From contig CAVXGK010000001.1 of assembly GCA_963761305.1 (NCBI GenBank), forward strand, positions 160,001 through 224,000: a DNA stretch of 64,000 bases, given 5' to 3'. This DNA is from an uncultured Gemmatimonadaceae bacterium. GTDB lineage: Bacteria; Gemmatimonadota; Gemmatimonadetes; Gemmatimonadales; Gemmatimonadaceae. This document shows, in pieces, positions 22,717 to 32,331 of this stretch. Position 1 is the stretch's first letter; every line of letters starts with the position of its first letter. A program made the translations under genes and the position numbers. The notes under the pieces are model-generated. The model ran no database searches. It saw only the letters and a program-made list of their open reading frames with translations, and was not told the DNA's origin.

Positions 22717-23207
22717 TTGCCGAACTTGAGCTCGACGCCGAAGTCCTTGGAGCGGAGCAACGCCATGGCGGTTTGCAGCTCGTCCTTCGACGGCGACGTG
22801 ACGCGCACCTGATCGCCCTGGATCGAGGCCTGGACCTTCTTGAGCTTCGCGTCCTTGATCGCGCCGGCGACTTTCTTCGCCGTTTCACCGTCGAGCGCGG
22901 TCTTGAGCTTGATCTCGCGACGCACCGTGTCGCCGCCAGCCGGCTTCACTTCGCCGACATCGAGATTCTTCACCGGCACGCCGCGCTTGACGAGCTTGGT
23001 CTGCACGATGTCGAACAGCGCGCGCATCTGAAAGTCGCTGTCGGCCACCAGCTCGAGCATCGCCTCGGCGCGCTTGAACTCGATCGCCGCCTTGGAGCCT
23101 TTGAAGTCGTAGCGCTGCGCGACTTCCTTTTGGGCCTGGTTGACGGCGTTGTCGACTTCCTGGAGATCGACGCCGGTTGTGACGTCGAACGATGATGATT
23201 GGGGCAT
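22707..23207 (-). CDS. yajQ: YajQ-family nucleotide/c-di-GMP-binding protein
   Basis: SFDVTTGVDLQEVDNAVNQ, RYDFKGS, KVQASIQGDQVRV, FGNYR. Confidence 0.95.
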   Translation of the reverse strand: MPQSSSFDVTTGVDLQEVDNAVNQAQKEVAQRYDFKGSKAAIEFKRAEAMLELVADSDFQMRALFDIVQTKLVKRGVPVKNLDVGEVKPAGGDTVRREIKLKTALDGETAKKVAGAIKDAKLKKVQASIQGDQVRVTSPSKDELQTAMALLRSKDFGVELKFGNYR

Positions 23208-23219
23208 ATCGTTCGAAGC

Positions 23220-24677
23220 CTACGGCGCGCCGTCCGCCGAGACCAGTCGCCCGCCGAAAATGATCTGCCTGGCGCCGCGCACGGCGAATGGAACCGGACC
23301 GGCGAAGGGCGTGCGCGCCGCAACGACGCCCCCCCCCGTCTCGCGCAGCTGCTCACCGAGCAGTGCGTCGCCGAGGGTCGTGGTGGGCTGGTTGGCGAGG
23401 ATCGTTCGGCGCGTCAGGTAGCCGAGGCTGAACGCGGCGGCGTCCGATTTCGTCACCGACTGTGCGGAGCCGCAGCCGTAGCCACCCATGATGGTCGTCC
23501 ACGCGCACGTGTGGTGAAAGCCCAACGCGTGCAGCAGCTCGTGCTTCATCAGGCTGCGACTCGCCAGCGCGGAGTTCACCGTCACCCGCGTCTTCGCGGC
23601 GAGCATGTTGAGGTTGCTGTCCCAGATCCAGTTGGTGTATCCGGCGAACCCCGAGAGTGTGCTGTCGACCCACACAAGCACCGCCTTCGACGAAAAACCG
23701 TTCACGTCCGGAGTCGCCAGCGACGACAGGGTGGCGGGCACGAACAGCTGTCGCCCCACTTCGGTCTGCATCTCACCGATGATGGTCCACAGGGCCGTCG
23801 AGTCGGCGGCGCTGATCGGCGACGTCGTCGCACCCGTGTTGAACGCCAGCCGCACCGGCAGATCGGCGTCGTTCCAGAGAATCACCGACGATTTCCAGAT
23901 CTGCGGGAAGAAGCTGTTGCAGTTGGCGTTGGTGTCGTCGGTACACACGCGCTGAAAGGCCTGCACGAGGCTCACGTCCACCGACGACGACGGATACGCC
24001 GGCGTCGAGAAGACGGACGTCTTCGGCACGAGCATCGGCCGCAGCGCGCCGGCGACGACGCGCGTCGACGGCGCCACGCCAAGGATCGGATGGAAGTGAC
24101 GCGTACCGCTGGCCACGTCCACCACCACTTTCATCGAATCGGTGGAACCGAACGTGAGCGGTGCGCCGAGCGAAAACGCGCCGTTGCCGTCGAGCGGCGA
24201 CACGAAGTCTTGAGCGTTCGCCCCCGCGCCGCTCTCCACGCCGGCGACGAGACCAGCGACCGAACCGCCGTCGACGGGGACCACGCGGCCCGTGATCGTC
24301 GTCGGCGCGGCGACCGTCGCTTGGGTCGCCCCGGACGCGTCGCCGGCGGTCGCCTTGATCGTCGTCACGCCGGCGCGCACGCCGGTCACGACGCCGTTCG
24401 CATTCACCGTGGCGATCGTCGCGTCGGACGATTGAAACGCCGGCGCGGGTCCGCTCGCCTGAGCGCCCGCCGAGTCCACTACATGGGCGGCGATCTGCGC
24501 CGAGCCCCCGACCGCGACGAGCATCGGCGAGGGCGTGACGACGACGTGATTCGCGCCGGTGTTTCCTTGCGTGGAGCGTGTGTCCGTCGTCGAGCCGCCG
24601 CAGGCGGCGAGTCCCGCGACCAGCGCCGCGCAGGCAGCGCGGCGCGCTTCTCTACCCGAGGTAGGACTCCAACGCAC
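23220..24677 (-). CDS. Lipoprotein with Big_2 Ig-like domain and zincin metallopeptidase domain
   Basis: Lipobox LAAC; SSDATIATVNANGVVTG; HELLHALGFHH. Confidence 0.75.
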   Translation of the reverse strand: MRWSPTSGREARRAACAALVAGLAACGGSTTDTRSTQGNTGANHVVVTPSPMLVAVGGSAQIAAHVVDSAGAQASGPAPAFQSSDATIATVNANGVVTGVRAGVTTIKATAGDASGATQATVAAPTTITGRVVPVDGGSVAGLVAGVESGAGANAQDFVSPLDGNGAFSLGAPLTFGSTDSMKVVVDVASGTRHFHPILGVAPSTRVVAGALRPMLVPKTSVFSTPAYPSSSVDVSLVQAFQRVCTDDTNANCNSFFPQIWKSSVILWNDADLPVRLAFNTGATTSPISAADSTALWTIIGEMQTEVGRQLFVPATLSSLATPDVNGFSSKAVLVWVDSTLSGFAGYTNWIWDSNLNMLAAKTRVTVNSALASRSLMKHELLHALGFHHTCAWTTIMGGYGCGSAQSVTKSDAAAFSLGYLTRRTILANQPTTTLGDALLGEQLRETGGGVVAARTPFAGPVPFAVRGARQIIFGGRLVSADGAP

Positions 24678-25509
24678 GCGCGCGGCTCACGTGTCGCAGA
24701 CGCGACAGCGCTTTCTCCTTGATCTGCCGCACGCGCTCGCGCGTGATGCCGAGGAGCGCGCCGATCTCTTCGAGCGTCATCGGCTCGCTGCCATCGAGAC
24801 CGAAGTAGAGACGCAGGATCTTCGACTCGCGCTCCTTCAGATGCGACAGCGCTTCCTCGATCGACTCGGTGAGCGCCTTTTCGAACGTCTGTTCGTCGGG
24901 CGTCGGGTTGAGCGTGTCGGGGAGATAGTCGAGCAGCTTGTTGTCTTCACCGGGCGTGAGCGGCGCATCGAGCGAGAGGTGCGTCTGCGAGATCGCCATC
25001 GTCTTGGCGACCTCTTCCTCGGTGATGTCCATGCCGTGCGCGATCTCTTCGTGCGTCGGATCGCGGCCCAGCTCCTGAAGCAGCGCGTTGGCGCGCTTGC
25101 CGATGCGGTGCAGCGTGCCGGCGCGGTTCAACGGCACGCGCACGATGCGCGACTGTTCGGCCAGCGCCTGGAGGATCGCCTGCCGGATCCACCATACCGC
25201 ATACGAGATGAACTTGATGCCCTTCGTCTCGTCGAATTTGTGCGCCGCCCGAATCAGCCCGAGGTTGCCCTCGTTGATCAGATCGGACAGCGACACGCCC
25301 TGATTCTGATATTTCTTGGCGACCGACACGACGAAACGCAGGTTGGATCGAACGAGCTTGTCGAGCGACTCCTGGCTGCCGTCGCGAATGCTCTGCGCAA
25401 GCCGCACTTCCTCATCGCGATTGATCAGCGGATAGACGCTGATGTCGCGAAGATATTGGTCGAGCGAGCCTTCCTCGTACGACGATTTCTTGTGGCCGGT
25501 AGCAGGCAT
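24652..25509 (-). CDS. RpoD/SigA-family sigma factor lacking region 1.1
   Basis: LDQYLRDI, NLRFVVSVAKKY, KFISYAVWWIRQAI, TLEEIG...TRERVRQIKEKAL. Confidence 0.95.
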   Translation of the reverse strand: MPATGHKKSSYEEGSLDQYLRDISVYPLINRDEEVRLAQSIRDGSQESLDKLVRSNLRFVVSVAKKYQNQGVSLSDLINEGNLGLIRAAHKFDETKGIKFISYAVWWIRQAILQALAEQSRIVRVPLNRAGTLHRIGKRANALLQELGRDPTHEEIAHGMDITEEEVAKTMAISQTHLSLDAPLTPGEDNKLLDYLPDTLNPTPDEQTFEKALTESIEEALSHLKERESKILRLYFGLDGSEPMTLEEIGALLGITRERVRQIKEKALSRLRHVSRARALESYLG

Positions 25510-25525
25510 GCGTTGTCGAGGCAAT

Positions 25526-26368
25526 CTATCGGATCCGCTCACCGAGCCGCGACCAGCGGATGCGCGTGAGCCAAGCCAAGCTGTGTTCGGAGGAGTCGGG
25601 CGCATAACTGTAGTAAATCACAAACGGTCGGCCCTTGATCAGCGAGTCCGCGACCCAGCCCCAGTACCGGCTGTCGAACGAGTTGTCTCGGTTGTCGCCG
25701 AGCGCCAGGTAGTTCCCTTTTGGGACGACCAACGGACCCCAATTGTTTCGCGACGGGTGATATGCCACGCCCGCAGCCGCGGCCGTTTTCACAAGGTAAT
25801 CGCGCTGCCAGCGAAAGTCCTCGGCCGAAGGGTCCATATCCGGCTCGGTGTGTTCCACATAGTGCTCGACGAGCGCCGTGCCGTTGCGAATAAGTGTTCC
25901 ATCTCGCATCTCCACGGTGTCGCCCGGCACACCTTCGAGCCGCTTCACGAAATACTTCGTGGGATCCTCGGGATACTCGAACACGATCACGTCGCCGCGC
26001 TGCGGATCCCGGATACGGGGCAGGCGCTTGTGCGTGAACGGCACCTCGGCGCCGTAGACCAGCTTGTTCACGAGCAGGAAATCGCCGATCTGCAGCGTGT
26101 TCTCCATGCTCCCGCTCGGGATCTTGAACGCTTCGACGAAGAACGTTCTGATCACGACGAACAGCATCACCGATACGAGGAAGATCTTCGCCCACTCGCC
26201 GAGGAAGTCCACGCCGGAGCGCTTGCGGTTCACGTCGCGCAACGCGTCGGACTTCTGCTGCTCGGAAATCGAGCGCGGTGTGGCGGACGCAGCCATTCCA
26301 CCCATCGGATCCCCGGCGGGTTGAGGGTCTGGCTCGTTCTGCGACGACGACTGCTCGTTGACACTCAT
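25526..26368 (-). CDS. lepB: Signal peptidase I
   Basis: IPSGSMENTL, FVKRL, GDNRDNSFDSRYWG. Confidence 0.95.
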   Translation of the reverse strand: MSVNEQSSSQNEPDPQPAGDPMGGMAASATPRSISEQQKSDALRDVNRKRSGVDFLGEWAKIFLVSVMLFVVIRTFFVEAFKIPSGSMENTLQIGDFLLVNKLVYGAEVPFTHKRLPRIRDPQRGDVIVFEYPEDPTKYFVKRLEGVPGDTVEMRDGTLIRNGTALVEHYVEHTEPDMDPSAEDFRWQRDYLVKTAAAAGVAYHPSRNNWGPLVVPKGNYLALGDNRDNSFDSRYWGWVADSLIKGRPFVIYYSYAPDSSEHSLAWLTRIRWSRLGERIR

Positions 26369-26448
26369 CCAATGCTCACTGCACTCGCTGCCGGGGTGCG
26401 GGTGTGAGATAACGCCCAACAACGGACTCGGCTAGGGCGCCCGGTCGA

Positions 26449-27948
26449 TCAGTCCGGCGTTCCGAGATAGTTGTCGATCTGCGCACGTTGCAACGCACCC
26501 GAGAAATCCAGATAACCGACCTTTGTTTCCGAGAAGAACTCGTACACTTCCCATCCGCCTTCGCGGTGGCCATTCCCCGTTTGTTTTACGCCGCCGAAGG
26601 GGAGATGTGCCTCGGCCCCGATCGTCGGCGCGTTGATGTACGTGATTCCCGTATCCAGCTCGTTCATCGCGCGCATCGCGACGTTCACGTCTCGCGTGTA
26701 CACGGACGACGACAAGCCGTACCGGACGTCATTGTTGACCGTGAACGCCTCGTCGGGCGTGCGAACGCGAATCACCGAGAGGACCGGTCCAAAAATTTCC
26801 TCTTGCTCGAGACGCATGCCGGCGCGCACTCGGGCGAAGATCGTCGGCTCGAAAAAGTAGCCGTGATCGAGGCCTGATCCGGTCGCGCGGCGACCGCCGC
26901 ACAACAAGTCGGCGCCTTCCTTCTGGCCGATGTCGATGTACCGCTCGACCTTGGCGACCGAATCCTGATTGATGAGCGGACCGATGTCGGTGCCGTTCTT
27001 TCGCCCGTCGCCGAGCTTGAGCTCGCGCGCGCGATGGACGAGCGTGCTCACGAACTCGTCGTGAATTCCGTCCTGCACGATGAGCCGGCTCGTCGCCGTG
27101 CAGCGCTGTCCGGTGGTGCCGAACGCACCCCAGAGCACGCCGTCGAGCGCGAGATCGGTGTCGGCGTCGTCGAGCACGATCATCGCGTTCTTGCCGCCCA
27201 TCTCGAGCGACAACCGCTTGTGCATGCGGCCGCAGACTTCGCCCACGACTCGGCCCGTGTCGGTCGATCCGGTGAACGAGATGACCGGGATCGACGGATG
27301 ATTAACGATCGCCGCGCCCGCCGCTTCGCCCACGCCGTGGACGAGCTGGATGACTTCGGGCGGCAGTCCCGCCTCGAGCAGGACCTCGACGAACACGTGG
27401 CCCGTGTGCGGGACGTCTTCGGCGGGCTTGAAGATGCACGCGTTTCCGCAGACGAGCGCCGGAAACATCTTCCACGTCGGAATGGCGAGCGGAAAGTTGA
27501 ACGGCGTCACGATGCCCGCGATGCCGATCGGACGGCGGAAGCTCATCGCCCATTTGTTCCGCAGTTCGCTGGGCACGGTGCGACCGAACAGGCGGCGTCC
27601 TTCGCTCGCCGCGTAGTACGCGGTGTCGATGCCTTCCTGCACGTCGCCCCGCGTTTCGGCGAGCGGCTTCCCCATCTCGCGGGTCATCAGGTCGGCGATG
27701 TCGTCTTTCCGCGCGGTGAGCAAGTCGCCGACGCGTCGCAGGATGTCGCCGCGGGCCGGCGCGGGCGTGCGGCGCCACAGCTCGAAGCCACGCTGTGCCG
27801 ACGCGACCGCCGCCTCCACGTCCGCGGCGCCCGACATCGGGAAACGCCCGATCGTGTCGCGCGCGTCGGCCGGATTCTGATTCGCGAAATACTCACCGCT
27901 CAACGGCGGCGCCCACTTGCCGCCGATGAAGTTGTCGAACGTTTTCAT
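26449..27948 (-). CDS. Aldehyde dehydrogenase family protein
   Basis: TPFNFP, FTGST, LEMGGKN, GQRCTA, EEIFGPV. Confidence 0.95.
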   Translation of the reverse strand: MKTFDNFIGGKWAPPLSGEYFANQNPADARDTIGRFPMSGAADVEAAVASAQRGFELWRRTPAPARGDILRRVGDLLTARKDDIADLMTREMGKPLAETRGDVQEGIDTAYYAASEGRRLFGRTVPSELRNKWAMSFRRPIGIAGIVTPFNFPLAIPTWKMFPALVCGNACIFKPAEDVPHTGHVFVEVLLEAGLPPEVIQLVHGVGEAAGAAIVNHPSIPVISFTGSTDTGRVVGEVCGRMHKRLSLEMGGKNAMIVLDDADTDLALDGVLWGAFGTTGQRCTATSRLIVQDGIHDEFVSTLVHRARELKLGDGRKNGTDIGPLINQDSVAKVERYIDIGQKEGADLLCGGRRATGSGLDHGYFFEPTIFARVRAGMRLEQEEIFGPVLSVIRVRTPDEAFTVNNDVRYGLSSSVYTRDVNVAMRAMNELDTGITYINAPTIGAEAHLPFGGVKQTGNGHREGGWEVYEFFSETKVGYLDFSGALQRAQIDNYLGTPD

Positions 27949-28523
27949 GGTTTGGGAGTTGGAGCCGGAGGTTTTGCTGTGCCCGGAGGCGGTGTCGGGC
28001 TCGTTGGTGTGGGCGCAGGGCTCGGCGTCGCCGGAGGTCGCGCCGGCAAAGCGGCACAGGACCAGGCCGCGGGATGTTTGTCGGTCGGATACGCATAGCC
28101 GATGCGGGGCAGAATCTCCAGAGAGCCGAGGAGCACGCCCCATACCGTGATGGCGAGCGAGACGAGATGCGCGCGACTCGCCCGGTGACGCCACGTCCAG
28201 ATCGAAGCCCACACGCCGCCGGCCGTCATCACGCCGACCGCGCCGAGGTAGCCGATGAGCCCCAATCCACAGCGCGACGGATACGGCCAAAAGGCCATTG
28301 CCACGCCGACGGCGAGGGCCAGCGTGAGTCGCGCGAAAACGCCGAACGACGTCGTCTGTCGCGGCTCGGGTGATGCCGCGGGCGCCGCGCCGCGCCCGCT
28401 CCGCGCTGCCGCCTTCACTTGTTTCTCGGGCGCGACCGGCATGAGCGCCTCGTCCGGGAGCGACGACAACTGCTTGTCGATCTTGGCGAGCTCTTTTTCC
28501 CAGTCGCGGTCGGGGGGGGCCAT
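27945..28523 (-). CDS. Hypothetical membrane protein (3 TM, Pro-rich tail)
   Basis: MAPPDRDWEKELAKID...; overlaps both neighbours at start/stop. Confidence 0.7.
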   Translation of the reverse strand: MAPPDRDWEKELAKIDKQLSSLPDEALMPVAPEKQVKAAARSGRGAAPAASPEPRQTTSFGVFARLTLALAVGVAMAFWPYPSRCGLGLIGYLGAVGVMTAGGVWASIWTWRHRASRAHLVSLAITVWGVLLGSLEILPRIGYAYPTDKHPAAWSCAALPARPPATPSPAPTPTSPTPPPGTAKPPAPTPKP

Positions 28524-29899
28524 CAGGTCACGCTCTCCCGAGTGAGGCCGTAGCGCTCGATCTTCTTGTACAAGTTCGAGCGCGGCATGTCGAGCCCGCG
28601 CGCCGTCTCGGACACGTTCCAGTCGTATTCGCGAAGCTTGGCGAGGAGAAACGCCCGCTCGGCCGCGTGCTTGAAGTCCTCGAACGTCTTGCAATCGAGG
28701 AGCGAGCCCAGGCCCGTCTGATCGGTGTCGTGGCCCCCGCCGAGGCGACTGACGTCGTCGGCCGTCACGCGCGGGCCGGCGGAGAGAATGAGCAATCGCT
28801 CGATCGTGTTGCGCAGCTCGCGCACGTTCCCGGGCCAATCGAGCTTCGCCAGCCGCTCGACCGCGTCCGGCGCGACGGTTCGCGCGGCGACGCCCTCGCG
28901 CTTCGTGAGCACGTTCACGAAATGCGCGACGAGCAGCGGAATGTCCTCTCGCCGCTCGCGCAGCGGCGGCACGTGGATCGGAACCACGTTCAAGCGATAG
29001 AACAGATCTTCGCGAAACCGCTGTTCGGCGATTTCGGCTTCGAGATTCTTGTTCGTCGCGGCGAGCACGCGGACGTCGACCTCGACCTGTTTTGCGCCGC
29101 CGATCCGTGTCACGACGCCGTCCTGCAGCACGCGCAGCACCTTCGCCTGCGCGGCGAGACTCATGTCACCGACTTCGTCGAGAAAGAGCGTGCCGCCGTG
29201 CGCCTGCTCGAACTTGCCGGCGCGATCGGCCACCGCGCCGGTGAACGAGCCTTTCATGTGACCGAACAACTCGCTCTCGATCAACTCGCTCGGGATCGCC
29301 GCGCAGTTGACCTCGACGAACGGCTCCCCGGTGCGCGTCGATTGCGAGTGGATCGCCCGCGCGACGAGCTCCTTGCCCGTGCCGTTCTCGCCCGTGATCA
29401 GCACGCGCGCCGGCGTCTTCGCCACGCGGTCGATCTTGTCGATCACCAGGCGAATGCCGTAGGACCGTCCGACAATCTCGTACCGGGATTGAATGGTCTC
29501 GCGGAGCCGCGCGTTCTCCTCGTGGAGATCGAGGTGCTGGAGCGCGTTCCGCAGCGTGACGAGAATGCGGTCCGTGTCGAGCGGCTTCTCGAGGATGTCG
29601 TACGCCCCGAGCTGCGTCGCCTCGACCGCCGTCTGGATCGTCGCGTGTCCGCTGATCATGACCACGATCGCGCTCGGGTCGAGCTCCTTGATCTTCTTGA
29701 GCGCCTCGATGCCGTCGATGCCCGCCATCTTCACATCGAGGAACACAAGATCCGGACGCTGCTTTTGGTATTCGGCAAGCGCGTCGACCGCGTTGCCGAC
29801 AGCGCGGACCTCGTAGCCCTCGAACTCGAGCAACTGTCCCAGCGTCGCGCGAATCCCCTGCTCGTCGTCGACAATCAGGATGCGCCGGGCAATGCTCAT
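28523..29899 (-). CDS. Sigma-54-dependent response regulator (NtrX/NtrC family)
   Basis: Receiver domain, GENGTGKE, ESELFGHMKGSFTGA, WPGNVREL, Fis HTH. Confidence 0.95.
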   Translation of the reverse strand: MSIARRILIVDDEQGIRATLGQLLEFEGYEVRAVGNAVDALAEYQKQRPDLVFLDVKMAGIDGIEALKKIKELDPSAIVVMISGHATIQTAVEATQLGAYDILEKPLDTDRILVTLRNALQHLDLHEENARLRETIQSRYEIVGRSYGIRLVIDKIDRVAKTPARVLITGENGTGKELVARAIHSQSTRTGEPFVEVNCAAIPSELIESELFGHMKGSFTGAVADRAGKFEQAHGGTLFLDEVGDMSLAAQAKVLRVLQDGVVTRIGGAKQVEVDVRVLAATNKNLEAEIAEQRFREDLFYRLNVVPIHVPPLRERREDIPLLVAHFVNVLTKREGVAARTVAPDAVERLAKLDWPGNVRELRNTIERLLILSAGPRVTADDVSRLGGGHDTDQTGLGSLLDCKTFEDFKHAAERAFLLAKLREYDWNVSETARGLDMPRSNLYKKIERYGLTRESVT

Positions 29900-30546
29900 C
29901 GCACCGTCTTGTACAAGGTGATCTTCCCGTTGGCCACTCGAATGTCACCTATGTAGCGGGGAATCGGCAACGGGAGCGAGTTCGGGTCGGTGCCGGCGGG
30001 GGCCGGAACCGGTTCGAACCGGTCGATCAGCGTCGCGATCATGCCCTTCGGGATAGGCAGCCCGTGAATCCGCGCGTCGGACACGGCGAATTCGGCCATC
30101 CCCGGCTTCAACACGTCGAGCGTGCCCGTGAGCTCGACGCGCTCGCGGTCGTGCACGATCCCGACCGCCTCGGTGAACGCGCTGCCGAGGTTCTTGAGCG
30201 GAACGACGGCGCGCATCGACAGCTTGTCACCGGCGACGATCGCCTCGACGCTGTCGGCGGTGGTCGGCAGGCGCTTTGCTACCTGCCGATAGATGTACGA
30301 CGCGACGGCCGCCGGCGACAACGTCTCGAATACCTGGCCGCGCGGATTGCTCAATCGATCGAGCGCGGCCGCCGCCGAGTCGGCGGCGGCGTCAGAGAGC
30401 TGCTGCCAGTGATCCGGCGGCGCGACGACGACCGGCTCGTTCTGATGTCGCAACACGTGCGGAAGCCACATGTCGCGCGTGAACCAGCCGCCCACTGCCA
30501 ACGCGACGAGCACGAACAAACAGCCGAGTCTCGCGATGCATCCCAT
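29896..30546 (-). CDS. Hypothetical membrane-anchored protein
   Basis: MGCIARLGC plus TM segment; tightly packed between thpR and the regulator. Confidence 0.7.
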   Translation of the reverse strand: MGCIARLGCLFVLVALAVGGWFTRDMWLPHVLRHQNEPVVVAPPDHWQQLSDAAADSAAAALDRLSNPRGQVFETLSPAAVASYIYRQVAKRLPTTADSVEAIVAGDKLSMRAVVPLKNLGSAFTEAVGIVHDRERVELTGTLDVLKPGMAEFAVSDARIHGLPIPKGMIATLIDRFEPVPAPAGTDPNSLPLPIPRYIGDIRVANGKITLYKTVR

Positions 30547-30547
30547 G

Positions 30548-31117
30548 TCAGTCGCTCCCCCTCCGAAGCGGTGCCGACGCAATGGTCGTGTACGTGGAAC
30601 CGCCCGGCCCCAGATCGCTGCGCATGAGATCGAGCGATCGCACAACGACGTCGGTGCTGAAGTCGACGCGCCGCGCCGCGCGAGACAGTGCGCGGGCGCG
30701 CTCCTCGGGCAACCGGTCCTTCACGCGGGCGAGCGTGAGATGCGGGCGAAAGGGGCGCCCCTCGACCTCGAAGCCAAGCGTCTCGCACGCAACCTCGACG
30801 TCGTGATGCAACAGCTCGAGCCGCGGATCCTGTTCCACGCCCATCCATACGACGCGGGCCCGCCGAAAGTTCGGGAACGCGCCCATTCCGGCGAGGCGCA
30901 TCGCGATCTCCCGGTGGCCGCCGGCCACCTTCGCCGTCGCCGCGCCGATCGCGTCGGCCGTCTCCGCCGGCTGGTCGTCGAGAAACTTGAGCGTGAGGTG
31001 CAGCCTCGACTCGTCGACCCACGAGATGTCGGGAGCGCTTTCGCGCATCGACGCCGTCGCAGCCACGATGTCGCGACGCACGTCGGGCGGCAGGTTAATC
31101 GCCAGAAACAACCGCAC
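30548..31117 (-). CDS. thpR: RNA 2',3'-cyclic phosphodiesterase (2H family)
   Basis: MRLFLAI, two HxT motifs (LHLTLKF, FRPHLTLAR). Confidence 0.92.
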   Translation of the reverse strand: MRLFLAINLPPDVRRDIVAATASMRESAPDISWVDESRLHLTLKFLDDQPAETADAIGAATAKVAGGHREIAMRLAGMGAFPNFRRARVVWMGVEQDPRLELLHHDVEVACETLGFEVEGRPFRPHLTLARVKDRLPEERARALSRAARRVDFSTDVVVRSLDLMRSDLGPGGSTYTTIASAPLRRGSD

Positions 31118-31961
31118 TCGCCACGTCCCCCGCCCCGCTCGTGTTGCGCGCGACGGAGACCAGTTCGTTCAGTGAGCCCGAGCGGAATCCCCGCGGATCG
31201 ACCTCGACGCGCTCGTACCCGGCCTCGGCGAGCGCACGCTCGAGCACCGCGCGCCGTTCGCCTTCGCTCCACCGCGCCAATTCGGCCGGAGCGAGCTCGA
31301 CGCGCGCCAGATCGCCCAAGTGGCGCACTCGGAGGTCTCCCGTGATGCCGAGCTCGCGCAGCGCCGACTCGGCGCGCTCGACGCGCTTCAGTCGTCCGAC
31401 CGTGACGGGCGTTCCGTATGGGATTCGCGACGAAAGGCACGGCGACGACGGCTGGTCCGAGGTCGGCAAGCCGAGCGCTCGCGAACGGTCGCGAATCTCG
31501 GCTTTCGTGAAGCCGAACATCGCCAGCGGCGACACGACCCCTCGCTCGCGCGCCGCCTGCGCGCCGGGACGATGGCCGTGGAGATCGTCGGCGTTGGTTC
31601 CGTCGGCGACGATGTCGATTCCTCGCCCACGCGCGGCGGGAACGACGAGCGACCACAACTCCGTCTTGCAGAAATAGCAGCGGTTGGTTGGATTCGCGGC
31701 GTAGTTCAGGTCGTCGAGCTCCGCCGTGTCGATCTCCAGAACATCGAGTCCGATCACACGCGCCGTTTCGCGCGCCGCGATCCACTGGCTCTCCGGATAC
31801 GACGCGCTGCGCCCTGTGACGGCCAGCACGTTGGCCGCGCCAAGCGTGTCGACGGCGACCGCTGCGAGGTACGCCGAGTCGACGCCGCCACTGTAGCCGA
31901 TCGCGATCCGCGCGCCGTCGCACAGCCAATCGCGAAGCTGGGCCTCTTTGTCGGTCGCCAT
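31095..31961 (-). CDS. larE: ATP-dependent sulfur transferase, LarE family
   Basis: PP-loop SGGVDS, RCYFCK, DGTNADD, PCLSSRIPYG, RSGSLN. Confidence 0.9.
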   Translation of the reverse strand: MATDKEAQLRDWLCDGARIAIGYSGGVDSAYLAAVAVDTLGAANVLAVTGRSASYPESQWIAARETARVIGLDVLEIDTAELDDLNYAANPTNRCYFCKTELWSLVVPAARGRGIDIVADGTNADDLHGHRPGAQAARERGVVSPLAMFGFTKAEIRDRSRALGLPTSDQPSSPCLSSRIPYGTPVTVGRLKRVERAESALRELGITGDLRVRHLGDLARVELAPAELARWSEGERRAVLERALAEAGYERVEVDPRGFRSGSLNELVSVARNTSGAGDVASAVVSGD

Positions 31962-31977
31962 GCGGGAAACCTAAGGC

Positions 31978-32020
31978 GGACCGGTGGACCGGTGGACCGG
32001 TGCCGGTGAACCGGTGGACA
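31978..32020. repeat. Octamer tandem repeat (GGACCGGT)n
   Basis: About 5 copies directly upstream of larE. Confidence 0.85.
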
Positions 32021-32186
32021 GCCCCCCTACTTATGTAGTGGCCGCCGGCCCGATTTTGCTACCGCGACACGTGGTGCGAGCGTCATGCGAGCGTCATGAG
32101 AGCGTGGGTGCGCGCCGAGAATCCGTCGCCCTGAGAGGACATTTGGTAGCAAATCGCGGTCGGCGCCCACTTAATAAGTAGAGGGC
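32021..32186. mobile_element. MITE/REPIN-like non-coding element with ~42-bp imperfect terminal inverted repeats
   Basis: Left arm GCCCCCCTACTTATGTAGTGGCCGCCGGCCCGATTTTGCTACC matches the reverse complement of the right arm GCCCTCTACTTATTAAGTGGGCGCCGACCGCGATTTGCTACC. Confidence 0.65.
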
Positions 32187-32331
32187 ACGAGAACCACGGT
32201 GCGACGCCGGGGCCCGTAGCCGCGTCGCTCCCGCGTCGGTTCAGTCGCGAACGACGGAGATGAATTTGCCGGCTCCGCTCACGCCGTGAGTCAGCCGTGA
32301 ATCGAGCCGGCATCGCCCAGGATGAAATCGC

